In this document: one piece after another, positions 40,351 through 53,689 of the stretch
Numbering within the stretch: the first letter of the stretch is position 1
How the letters are laid out: every line of letters starts with the position of its first letter
Assembly: GCF_009914755.1 (NCBI RefSeq)
Contig: NC_060933.1
Direction: 5' to 3' (one strand)
DNA from: the human T2T-CHM13v2.0 reference genome, Homo sapiens
Length of the DNA stretch: 64,000 nt
Position numbers and translations under genes: made by a program
The notes under the pieces: generated by a model
Database searches by the model: none
Told to the model about the DNA's origin: nothing
What the model saw: only the letters and a program-made list of their open reading frames with translations

Positions 40351-41475
40351 CCTCTCTTCAATATTCCAGTCCACCTGCATATTCTGTTCATCCTCCTTCC
40401 AAAAATGTATCTCAAACCAAATGACTAATTTTCATTTCTGTTGGCTCTAGCCTAGTCCAAGACTCTATCAACACTCGACTTGAAGAATGTCCCGTCTGAT
40501 ATTCCTCTTTCTGCTCTTGCCCCCCTTCAAGGTATTTCTCCCAGAGAAGCCATTCATCATGCATTCATTATTCTCCATTCATTAATTCAACAAATATTTA
40601 TTGTACGCTTACCACATGCCAGATTTATTTTAGGTTCTTGGGATATAGCAGTGAAAAAAAGTCCTTGGGCTTTACATACAGTGGGAAAATAAATAATATG
40701 GAAAATGTTAAAGGCAACATATGTGATCCAGAAAATTATAGCAGGGTGAAGGAAATAGGAAACAATAGAAAAGTTAGGGACTTCTGGCTATAGTATTATA
40801 TAGGGCTGTCAAGGGTGCTATCTCTCATTAGCTTACATTGAAACAGAAACCCAAAAGACAGTAGAGGGCAGGTATGTTAATATCTGGGCAAGTATTCTAA
40901 GCAGAGGAAAAAGAAAATGCAAGGGCCCTGAGGCAGGATCATGTTTGGTATGTTTGAGGAATAGCTGTTCTGTTCCGTTGTGGCTGGAACAGAAGAAGGA
41001 GGGCGGGAGGGCGATGGAGAATGGTACATGATGGAGGTCAGATTATGTAGGGCCTTGTAGACTACAATGAAGACTTTGGCTTTGTTTTGGGTTGGTGGGG
41101 GACAAGGAATGCTATTGGAATGTTTTAGTGACTTGATGTGACTTACTTTTTAATAGGACCATTTGGGCTGCTCAGCCCATGATGTTTAAAAATGCAATCA
41201 GGTCACTTCCACTGTTTAAAACCTTTCAATGGATTCTGGTTGTACTTAGAATAAAATCTAAGCTCCCTTAGCTATTATTATTATATTATTATTAAAATTG
41301 ATGTCCTTTATTCTCTATTACAGCAGTCTAATTCCTTCCTAATATGTACCTCACTAGTAACTATTATTGTTATTGCTTATTTGTTTATAATCTGTCTCCT
41401 CTACTTGAAAATATGTAGCCTGGGGATTTTGTGGATTTCCATACTAAATCATCCCAAGGCCACTTTGCTTTTGAG

Positions 41476-41478
<3 letters not shown>

Positions 41479-41526
<48 letters not shown>
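41479..41526 (+). repeat. (TG)24 microsatellite
   Basis: Direct reading. Confidence 0.95.
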
Positions 41527-41530
<4 letters not shown>

Positions 41531-41759
41531 GATCTCTTCTGTAATTTTTTTTCCCCTGATCTAGCTGATTGTTATATTTGGTCAGTGACTGACCTCTAGC
41601 AATGATGGTGCCAGGGCAACTTTGTTGTTGAACTGTATGTTAAGGTTTGTTTTGGCTTGTTGGTTATATCAGTACTTATCAAATGAATTATCTGGGAAGA
41701 GAAGAGAGGATCTTATTAAAATACAGGTTCTTATTAGGTAGGCCTTGGGTGGGCCTTGA

Positions 41760-42290
<531 letters not shown>

Positions 42291-43268
42291 TGAGGTTCTG
42301 CATTTCTATCAAGCTTGCAGGTGATGCCCATGCTGCCAGCCCTTTGAGTAACAAGGGGGCTTTATTACCGAGCTTGGCTGAACATTGGAATCATCTGTGG
42401 AGCTTTAAAACTACTAATGCTGGGCTCTCAACCCCAGAGATTGCAATATCATCAGTCTAGAATGCAGTTTGAGTACTAGGATTTTAAAAAGTTTCATAAG
42501 TGATTCTATTTTGTAGAAATATTGAGAACTACTAGATTGGATGATATTGAATCCAATTTTAAAATAAGGTGTAGCAATAAATGTTCTTCAGTGCTGTGTT
42601 GCTGACTTTTTAGAAAGTCAATTTTGTAGCTCTAGAAAGAATCTGGCTGCATCCATGGATGACCTCCAGATCTCTGCTTAGCATGACTGGGTAATTTCTC
42701 CAATGTCTCCAGCACATGCTGTCACTTAACAGCAGTAAGAGAATTCCTACTTTCAGGAGAAAAGTCATTCCTGAAGATTACAGTTAAAATATGCCCACAG
42801 ATGATGAGGTTGTACTAAATCAGTCCCCTTGCTCTCTGAGCTTGTTCTAAGTTACAGGAAGCAGAAGAAGCAGAGAAGCACTCCATTTCTTTTTTCTTGT
42901 AATCTCTAGCATGTTCACATGCATAGTTTCTGAGTCAGTAGCAAACTAAGAACTTCTTGTGTGATTCAAGCTAAACCCTCGATTATCAGAAGCAGATGTT
43001 TCAAACGACTGAAGATCAATGAGGCATATCCTATTTACAGGTTAATAATTGACTACTAGATGCAGGTGCACCAAATGGTCTTAGAGACATTAGATAGGAG
43101 AGACAATGTCAGTGCTCCCCCTACCCTGCCTCCCCTAATCTAAAGCCTACTCTGTTTCTTTTATCAAGTGATTGGCTGTATGTTAACAGAGCCTGGGGCA
43201 CTTTCCTGTTGAAATGCCTTTAATCCCAAGCAACTGGATTGATTTTTTTTTTTTTTTGCGTGGTTTAG

Positions 43269-43487
<219 letters not shown>

Positions 43488-44539
43488 TAGTCTCACAGTG
43501 ACCCTTTGATGATAGACAAGCAAGGTGCAGAGGACCTAGCTCAGAAAAATTTAGTGAGGTGCCCAAAGTGATCCAACAAAGAAGTGGCATGATGGGCTCA
43601 TGAACCCATTTGGGTGGTCTCTTGGTCCCCTGTACTCTTCAGCATAAACTATTGAATAGTTGATGCTTATCTGATATGGAAGGACTCTGAATTTTAACAT
43701 TAAAACATACCCTGAAGGTCATTGTCTAAATGACAATGACCCTCATTTTACACATGAACAAATCAAAGGCCTGAGAGGCTGAGTTACTGCTGAAGGCCAC
43801 AGGGTTGATCAGGGTCAGATTAATGATTTTTAGCCCAAATCCTGGGCTCTCTTTTTCCTACAGTGTTGACTTTCTCTCAAAATCATAGAATTGTTTCACT
43901 TTTTCTTATATTCACAGCAATTTATAGTTTGGGGGTCCTTAGTGGAGGGGGTGGCATATATGTATGGAGTAAATTTCTTTTAAAAATTGAACACACAAAA
44001 AAATAGGGAGAATAAGAAATAGATAACATGTACCCATTATCTTGTTTTTCTATTTTGCTTATCTTTTTTTTCTGAAGAATTTTAAAGCAAATTATAGCAC
44101 AAGAACATTTCACACCCAAATATTTTTGTATGCATCTCTTAAAAAGAAAGACACATTGCTGCATGACCGTGCTAACATACCTAACAATAATAACATTAAT
44201 TCTCCAATATCACCTGAAAACTAATCTATAGTCAAATTTTTCAATAATCCCAAAAATATTATTATTTATAGCTGTTTTATTCAAATCAGGATACATCTAA
44301 GGATGCCATGCATTTGCTTGGCAAGTCTCTTAAATCTCTTTTAATCTAGAACACTGAGTTTGCATGAATGTGGGTAGGAGCCAAATTTTAACCAGCAACA
44401 GTTACCATTATAAATTATTCCTCATCCCAGGCAAAGCAGTGCATTCTGAAGGGAAAACTTATTATCTATCCCTCCTTGTAGACGTTTTACACGTTATCCA
44501 AACAAGAAAGTGTATTCATGTTGAATATTTAAAAAACAA

Positions 44540-47500
44540 TATTGTAACCACAAAGCAGAAAACTAAACCACCAAACCACAAAGGTAGACAACAATAGAGG
44601 AAGAAGAGAACAAATTATCTACAAAGTAACCAGAAAACAATTAGCAAAATGGCAGGAGTAAGTCTTTTACTATCAACAATAACCTTGCTGGTACATGGGT
44701 TAAACTGTCCAATCAAAAGATATAGAATAGCTGAGTGGATCAACAACAAGATCCAACTAGATGCTGCCTACAAGAGACCCATTTTTAAACTTTAAGAATA
44801 GGCATATACTGAAAGTAAAGGGATAGAAGGAGATATTCCATGAAAACAGACAGTTACCAAAAGAGAGCAGGGATGCCTATACTTATATCAGATAAAACAG
44901 ACTTCCAGTAAAAAGCTGTTCCAAGAGACAAAGAAGGTCATGATTTAATGATAAAGAGGTCATCTTATCAAGAGGACATAACAATTGTAAACATATATGC
45001 ATCCAAAATTGAAGCACTTAAATATGTAAAGCAAATATTAGTGGACATGAAGGAAGAAATATACAGCAATATAACACTAATAGGGGACTTCAGTACTCCA
45101 CTTGCAACAATGGAGAGATCAACCAGACAAAAAATTAACAAGACAACACTAAATTTGAACTATACTTCAGACCAAATGGACCTACCAGACCTACATTCAT
45201 CCAACAACAGCAGAATATACATTCTTCTCTAGCATACATAGAACATTCTCCAGGATAGACCATATGTTAGGCCACAAAATAAACCTTAACAAATTCAAAA
45301 AGATTGAAGTCATGTCTAGTATTGTTTCCAACCACAATGGTGTGAAGCTAAAAATCAATAACAGAGGAATCTTGGAAAATTTACAAATATGTGGAAATTA
45401 AAGAACATGCTTATGATGAACTAATGGGTCAAAGAAGAAATCAAGAGGGAAATTAAAAAATATTTTGAGATTAATGACAATGGAAACACAATGTGTCAAA
45501 ACCTACAGTATGCAGCAAAGTCAATTCTAAGAGAGAAGTTTATAGCAATAAATGCCTAGATTAAAAAAGGAAAAAGATATAAATAAGTAGACTAACATTA
45601 TGCCCCAAGGAGCTAAAGAACAAACTAAACCCAAAGTGAGCAAAAGGAAGGAAATAATGAAGATCAGAACAGAAGCAAATAAAATGTAGTATAGTAAAAC
45701 TATAGAAAATATAAATAAAATCAAAAGTTGGTTCTTTGAAAAAATAAAACCTACAAACTCCTAGCTAGATTCACTAAAAAAAGCAGACTCAAATAAATAA
45801 AATCAAAAATGGAAGTGGAGACATTGCAATAGATACCTCAGAAATAAAAATGCTCATAAGGGATTATTATGAACAATTTTATGCCAACAAATTGGAGGAC
45901 CTAGAAGAAATGGATAAATTTCTAGAAAAACTAACCCATCAAGATTGAATTGGGAAGAAACAAAAAGTTTGAACACTCCAACAACAAATAAAGAAATTGA
46001 AGAAGTGATTAAAAACTTTCCAAAATAGAAAAGCCTAGGACCAAATGGCTTCATGGCTGAATTTTATCAAACATTCAAAGAATAATTATTACCAACACTT
46101 CTTAGACTCTTCCAAAAATTAGAGCTACAGGGAATACTTCCAAACACATTTTGTGAGGCCAGCATCACCTTGATACCTAAAGCCAGACAAACATATTGTA
46201 AGAAAATAAAACCACAGGCCAATATCTCTGATAAATATTGACGAAAACCAAATTCAACAACACATTAAAGAAATTATGAATCATGGCCAAGTGGGATTTA
46301 TCCCTGACATGCAAGACTGGCTAAACAGAATGAAAGATAAAAGCCACATGATCATCTCAATTGGTGCAGGAAAGGCATTTTACAAAGTTCAGCATTCTTT
46401 CTTAACAAAAACTCTTAACACTTTAGGTATAGAAGGAAAGTTTCTCAACATAATAAAGGTCGTTTATAAGAAACCCACAGCTAACATCATAATCCATTGG
46501 GGACAACTGAAAACTTTTCCACAATTTAGTACATGGCAGGGATGCTCACTCTTGCTATTTCTATTCAACATAGTTTTGGAAGTACTAGCAAGAGCAATCA
46601 GACAAGAAAAATAAATAAAAGTCATCCAAATTGGAAAGGAGAAAGTAAAATAATCTCTATTTACAGATGATATGATCCTATATATAGAAAATTCTAAAGA
46701 TTCTACACATGCACACACACACACACACACACAAACAAATTTTTAGAACTAATAAATGAATTCAATAAGTTGCAGGATACAAAATCAACATACAAACATC
46801 AGTAGCATTTCTATACATAAATAATGACCCAGCTGAAAATAATCAATAAAACAATGCCATTTATGATAGCATCAAAAAAATACTTAGGAATAAATTTAAC
46901 CAAGAGGTGAAAGTATACTGAAAACTATAAAACATTGATTGAATAAGACACAAATAAATAGATATCCTGTGCTCACTGATCATGGATCAAAAACATTAAT
47001 ATTATTAAAACATTCATACTACCAAAAACAATATACAGATTTAACACAACCCTTATCAAAACTTCAATAACATTCTTCATGGAAATAGAAAAGCAATACT
47101 AAAATTTGTATGGAGCCACAAAAATCCAAAGCAATGTTGAGGGGAAAAAAGTTGGAGGTACCACACTTGCTGATTTAAAATTATATTACAAAGCTAAAGT
47201 AAAACCAAAACAGTATGATACTGGCATAAAAACAGAAACGTAGACCAATGGAACAGAATAGAGAGGCCAGAAATAAATCAAGACATATATAGTCAACTAA
47301 TTTTGGAGCAGGGCACCAAGAGGACATAATGGAGAAAGAAAAAAACCTCTTCAATAAATGGTGCCTGGGAAAACAAAAATGTAAAAGAATGAAATTGGAC
47401 CCTTATCTTACACTATACACAGAAATAAACTCAAAATGAATAAAAGAACTAAATATAAGATCTGAAACCATAAAAATCCTAGAAAAGAACATAGGGAAAA

Positions 47501-47606
47501 AGTTATTTGACATTGGCCTTGGCAATGATTTCTTGGATATCACATCAAAAGCTTGGGCTACAAAAGCAAAAACAAATAAATGGGACTACCTCAAATTAAA
47601 AAGCTT
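44540..47606 (+). mobile_element. Old decayed LINE-1 ORF2 (endonuclease-RT region; L1PB/L1MA-age)
   Basis: ORF remnants [47 protein letters not shown] with many stops; 3' end missing. Confidence 0.88.
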
Positions 47607-48296
47607 TTTAGCTTTTCCATTTTTCATTTATTTATTTTATACACTTTAAAATCTCTGGGTATTCTTTTTTAGCATCTTAAAATTTATTTTTATATGAGTG
47701 CCTGTAGATTTGCCGTATCCTTTAAAAAACAATTATTTTAATATATATTATAATTGTACATATTTTCGGTGTGCATATGGTGAAAGTCATTGGAGTGGAA
47801 GATAGCAAGGAGCTTGGAAATTGAAAAGGAATTCAGAAGTTGTTGATGAACTCTGAAGTTATCAGCATGGATGGTTGAATGGCATCATAGACAACTATCT
47901 AGAGAGACAGTACTTGCTTTACTTTTGGAAATCAGTGTGCTGGCATTAAAACTCAGGGACTTGAAAATGATGGACACAGCCAAAGAATATAGTATGGTGC
48001 CTGGGGTGTAGGGAGTGGAGGGAGATATTCATGCATTCTATAATCTGGCAAGCATAAAATAATGCAAAAACGAAACAAGACTACCTATTCTTTAAGTTTT
48101 GTGAAGGGTAAAAAATGGTAAGGAGTGAAGCAAAGGGCTATTTTTATTTCTTTGAGGTCTTCACTTTTCCCACACAACAAGAAAATTGTTGGTAAAATCT
48201 TCTGGGCTGTCTTCTCTCCCACTTACTAGAATAGGACTATTGCTATTCTTTTTTATGAGCATTTATTGGAATACAGTGATGGTGCTACACTCTAAG

Positions 48297-48600
48297 GCAG
48301 CGTTGTCCAACAGAAAAATATTGTGAGTCACATACATACTTTACATTTTTAGTAGCCACATTAAAAAAGTGAAAAGAAACAAGTGAAATTCACATTGTGT
48401 TTTATTTAAACTACTATATCTAAAATATTATTATACCATGTCATCAATATAAAAATTATTAATGCAATCGATTGCATTTTCTACGAACTCTTCAAAATTT
48501 GGTGTGCGTTTACAATTGCAGCACACCTCAACTTGACTAGCCACATTTTAAGTGCTCAACAGCTAAATGTGACTAGTAACAATTGTATTGGACAATGCAG
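48297..48600. mobile_element. MER33-like hAT-Charlie element
   Basis: CAGCGTTGTCCAACAG...TAGTAGCCACATTAAAAAAGT...TATTGGACAATGCAG. Confidence 0.72.
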
Positions 48601-49315
48601 TTCTAAGGATTGAGATATTTTAAAAATCAAGAAACAATTTTTGTTCAGTAGGAAGTTACAGTATAGTTGACAAGTAAGATTCATACAGAAAGCTATCTAT
48701 ACATCTAGCAATCATTTATACTTTAGATCTTTCAATCTACTTATTTGTTTCTCAACCTTGTTGCAAAAAAAAAAAATCTGAAGTGGCTTGCATTAAGATA
48801 TACAAGGTTAAAAAAAAAAAAAAAAGCAAAACCCCAAAAGGTGAACAATTATTGATTTCATGTTCAATTTATTTAAAGTCTAATACTACTTGTCAATTTA
48901 GCCTTTCGAGGAAATGCATCATATATTTTTAGTTGAGCTTCATTTTAGAAGTGACTAGAGATTGTGAGTTGGGGAAAATAATTAACTTACCCTGCTAAGC
49001 TCACACATCAATTAGGTAGCAGAGCTGGGAATAGAAAGCATAGTTTCCTCTTCTAGATGCACTGGGGAAGCTGCATGGAAATCTGGAATCCCTCACTTCT
49101 GTCAAATGCATATCCTGTTTGTGTCTCATAACCTGAATAAAGCTGATTATGTAACCAGGTTTCCCTGGCAGGTGTGAAACTATTTTTAGGAAAGATGTGT
49201 CATTGCTTAGAAGTGGATTAAAACAAACAAACAAACATATGGGTTGTTAGTCTACATAGAACAGGTGAGGCTGATCAAATTTCCCCCATAGTGGATGAGT
49301 ACAGTATAAAAAAAA

Positions 49316-50103
49316 AAAAAACACATGAAGAAATGCTCATCATCACTGGCCATCAGAGAAATGCAAATCAAAACCACTATGAGATATCATCTCACACCAG
49401 TTAGAATGGCGATCATTAAAAAGTCAGGAAACAACAGGTGCTGGAGAGGATGTGGAGAAATAGGAACACTTTTACACTGTTGGTGGGACTGTAAACTAGT
49501 TCAATCATTGTGGAAGTCAGTGTGGCGATTCCTCAGGGATCTAGAACTAGAAATACCATTTGACCCAGCCATCCCATTACTGGGTATATACCAAAAGGAC
49601 TCTAAATCATGCTGCTATAAAGACACATGCACACGTATGTTTATTGTGACACTATTCACAATAGCAAAGACTTGGAACCAACCCAAATGTCCAACAATGA
49701 TAGACTGGATTCAGAAAATGTGGCACATATACACCATGGAATACTATGCAGCCATAAAAAATGATGAGTTCATATCCTTTGTAGGGACATGGATGAAATT
49801 GGAAACCATCATTCTCAGTAAACTATCGCAAGAACAAAAAACCAAACACCGCATATTCTCACTCATAGGTGGGAATTGAACAATGAGATCACATGGACAC
49901 AGGAAGGGGAATATCACACTCTGGGGACTGTGGTGGGGTCGGGGGAGGGGGGAGGGATAGCATTGGGAGATATACCTAATGCTAGATGACACATTAGTGG
50001 GTGCAGCGCACCAGCATGGCACATGTATACATATGTAACTAACCTGCACAATGTGCACATGTACCCTAAAACTTAGAGTATAATAAAAAAATTAAAAAAA
50101 AAA
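49316..50103 (+). mobile_element. L1HS (Ta, Ta-0-type) 5'-truncated LINE-1, about 790 bp
   Basis: Intact ORF2 C-terminus (49325..49879, ends LIGGN*); 3'UTR with ACA at 49991-49993 and TTAGAG (G50076); AATAAA and A tail. Confidence 0.92.
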
Positions 50104-50251
50104 TATCAAGGCTAATTGAACTGTGAACCATTGATCATTGTTTAGAGAACAAATGAATCTTTCTCTGCCTGGTGGAGGAGGATGGTAACATTTCACTGCT
50201 TGAAACTCACGAGACTTTTAAAAACATGTATTTTTGGTGTTCAAATTTTAG

Positions 50252-50398
50252 GTCCTGCACCCGATGTTGTCTCAGACAAAATCTACCAAATCAGCAAAAC
50301 GATTGAGGAATATGCTATATGTCCTGATCTCCAAATCGACCTATCTCGACTAGGAAGACAAGAATTTGACCTAGAGAACAAATTCAAACCATTCAGAG
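50252..50398 (+). pseudogene. PGM5P: PGM5-like exon 3 ([12 protein letters not shown]...ENKFKPFR)
   Basis: TTTTAG acceptor, GTAACG donor, phase matches exon 2; visible in ORF 50182..50433. Confidence 0.95.
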
Positions 50399-53315
50399 GT
50401 AACGGAGATTTTATTTTGAAGAAGTCAGAGTAACTATGTGGATGGGGCTGACTGGTTTCTCTAGGGAAGTAAACTCATGAAAATTATTGCATTGTTAATC
50501 TCAGGGGTGACTCGATAAATGTGTGTAAACTTAATATGGTGTAGAGAGAAGACATGAGAGCAGCCAAGATATTCAGAACTGGAAACTTTCAAAAACCACT
50601 TCCCAAACTCGATATCATTTTCAACATAGGAAAAGTTTTATGGTTGACTTCATTATAGCATTCCAAAAATAGGCTGTGAATTGCCAAAACTTGTCTAAGC
50701 AATTAAGGTGAAGATGCTGGAATGCCTTAGTTAAGAAGAAACCTAACAAGTCAATGGGTTATTAAATTTCTCATGAAAGGTAGGAGTTTCTTTTCCAAGC
50801 CATAACCAAGCTTGGAATAATTACGCATCAGCTTATTGAATGCATAATTATTGATCACTTGCCCTATACCAAGCACCGTGTTAGGAGATTTTACAAAGGA
50901 ATTCAGTAACTACCAAATATATTTAGGCAAGTGATTCAAAAATTAAAGAACCAAAATGAGATTGTCAAAAATATTATCTTATATTGTAAAACAAATATAA
51001 CTTCTACAGTATTCAGAAGATAGCTTTTTGTTTTATAGATTAATTTTAGACCATATGACAACATTAATAACATGTATGTATACAACATTTTCCCCCTATA
51101 TTTTATCATATTGCTTTTTCCTAGAAGGCATAGAATAGCAATAGATCTAACATGTTTTACTTTTTTAGTGCTTCTATAAGCTTGAATGCAGTTTGTGTTA
51201 AGATGGTATCCTCATTTTAGAAGTAATTTAACTTCGCCCAAAAGAGGAAATACCTGGTTTGTGTCCATGTGATATTTTAGGGATAGAGAAAAGATTAAAA
51301 TGGATTGTGTGGGGGTCACAGCATTTGCCCAATGTTACCAAATCTTTCTTGAGAAGTTTTGAGTCAGTTGTTTGCTTAGCTAATGAGCAGAAATTTACAG
51401 AGAGCCATGATACTCACTGGAAGCAACAGGGCCTGCTTTTGCTAATCTAGCTGGGAGAATGCATAGGCATATGTGTGCACACGCATGGGATGGCTGGACA
51501 ATTAAAGGCAAGGGGTACATTATATTAAGCAAAATGATTTCAATACGCTGATTACATATGGTTGGAAGGACTAGGCTTATTTTTGGCATCTTCACAATTT
51601 TTATAGTTGTCCAAGAGACCCGAATCTTCGTGGGCTCTCATTCAGGCTCATTGCTGCAGCCACATTGCTAGTTGAATGAGTTTTCTAAAAATGTTACTGA
51701 TACCAGGAGATAGGTAGAGGGATTCCCTGGCTTCCAAGAATTTGGAGATAATCGTTTGGGATAATTTATGTGCTGTATTCTTGCTGGTTCAAGTGTTGAG
51801 CAAAGCTTGAGTTAATTAGGAACAAATAATTCCTTTGCATTTCACTTTAAAGTGTCAAGAGCATGAACTATATGATGTGAACTTTCAATTTTTACTGACT
51901 TCTTGTTCCCTCGTTTTTCACATTTGTTTGGTACTGTGTGTTACCTATTGTAAATACCAAATGTATTTAGGCAAGTGGTTCAAGAATTGAAGAGCCAGAA
52001 TGAAATTGTCAAAAACATTATCCTATAATGTAGAGTGAGTAAAACTTCCAAAGTACTCAGGGCATAACCTTTTGTCTTACAGATTAATTTTTTTATGGCA
52101 GTAAAATATACATAACAAAATTTACCATTTTAACCATTGTCAGGTGTACACTTTATACAGGTTAATTTTTAATTACTTCATAGATTATTATGCTCCTCAT
52201 GTAAAAAGATAATTTAAAAGTATCCATGTTACAAATATAATTATATTTGAATGAACACATAGATTACATTGACTTAAGTGTAAGAAAAAATATTTTTAGA
52301 TATGTATTTGATCAGATGAAGGGATAATATTATATGGCATATTAAGATCTCATCCATTAAATATCACACCTGGATTTACTAAAAATTATTGAAAGTGGGT
52401 TGGTAATATCTTCAGTGCAAGTTTAAAAGTATTTCAGGGTTTCAAAGTAGTATGTATTTGAAAAATCTGAAAACAATATACATAAGTTTCAAAATTTAGC
52501 TAAGAATTTAAAAAAGCAGGGCTCCTGGACAAATTTTAGCACCTAAAGAATTGATTTACTACTTCTTGGAAAAGTACTTTCCGAGCATTAATTATACACT
52601 GATTGACAAGTATGAAAAATGTATTCTGAGCTTTTTGGTATGTCACATAAATGAATGAAACTTTTTGGATTCTTGGTTACTGGGTGGTGCTAGATACTGG
52701 AAAGCATTTGTGTTTAATGAGAACTTCTAGATATTTGCCATTCACTTGGAAATTGGGTGCTAGATTGGGCATGAATGAGATTTCACGCAAACCCAGGAAT
52801 ATATTCATCACCAATTCTGCACTCGAATCTGGTAGGCACAATGGCATTTGGAAAATAGGGGTCACTACTGAGGTCACTTGCTGATTTGTTTCATACCAGC
52901 TGAGTCAGTCTTTGGCCAGCCCCCACAAGAAAGGCAACTGGATATGCCAAAATGCCTCTAAACATTGAGATGTGTGCTGTGTGCATTTTTTTGGGAGGGG
53001 AAGTGGGAGCAGGAGTAACAGGGCACATTTTTATCTTAATTTATTCTTGTGGTTGATATTTTCCTTGCAAAGAATAATTTATAACTTGGTATCATTTGTA
53101 CCCATTGAGCACCTGAAAAGCTTGTAGTATCTTGATTGTGCCCTGATTTGTGATTTTTGTCAACAAATGGGCACTTCGCTTCCCACATCATGTGTAGGGA
53201 TATGATGGGCTTGTGACCAGAATTTCATGCTGTTAAGGTAGTGATTCTTTTTATGCTTCCAAGTATCTTTCATGGGTACAGTCAATGACATTTTCCTTTG
53301 TTTTTCTATCTTTAG

Positions 53316-53441
53316 TAGAGATAGTGGACCCAGTGGATATCTATCTTAACCTCCTTCGGACCATCTTTGACTTTCATGCCATCAAGAGTTTGCTGACTGG
53401 GCCCAGCCAACTGAAGATTCGCGTTGACGCAATGCACGGAG
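53316..53441 (+). pseudogene. PGM5P: PGM5-like exon 4 ([10 protein letters not shown]...DAMHG)
   Basis: Polypyrimidine tract and TTTAG acceptor, GTAAGC donor; visible in ORF 53285..53485. Confidence 0.95.
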
Positions 53442-53689
53442 GTAAGCTTGTGATTTTCTCCAAATCAGTGGGCAGGAAATATTGAGACCTCTACACCTGT
53501 TGGGTTTCAGAGGTTAAGAGGAAAGTTGGATTCATAGATATTCACACAACATGTCTATGTTCAGATATTTGGAATGCTCTGGAAAACTTCAGGACCCTTA
53601 TTTCTGTCTTTGGATGTAAATGAAAACAAAAGTTGAACAAATGAGTTTGAGGCTATGCATGTTCAAGTGTGGAGTATAGTAAAACTGTT

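Noticed and set aside
49325-49879. 184-aa ORF as an independent gene
   Set aside because: It is the C-terminal end of L1 ORF2p in a 5'-truncated element without promoter, EN or RT domains.
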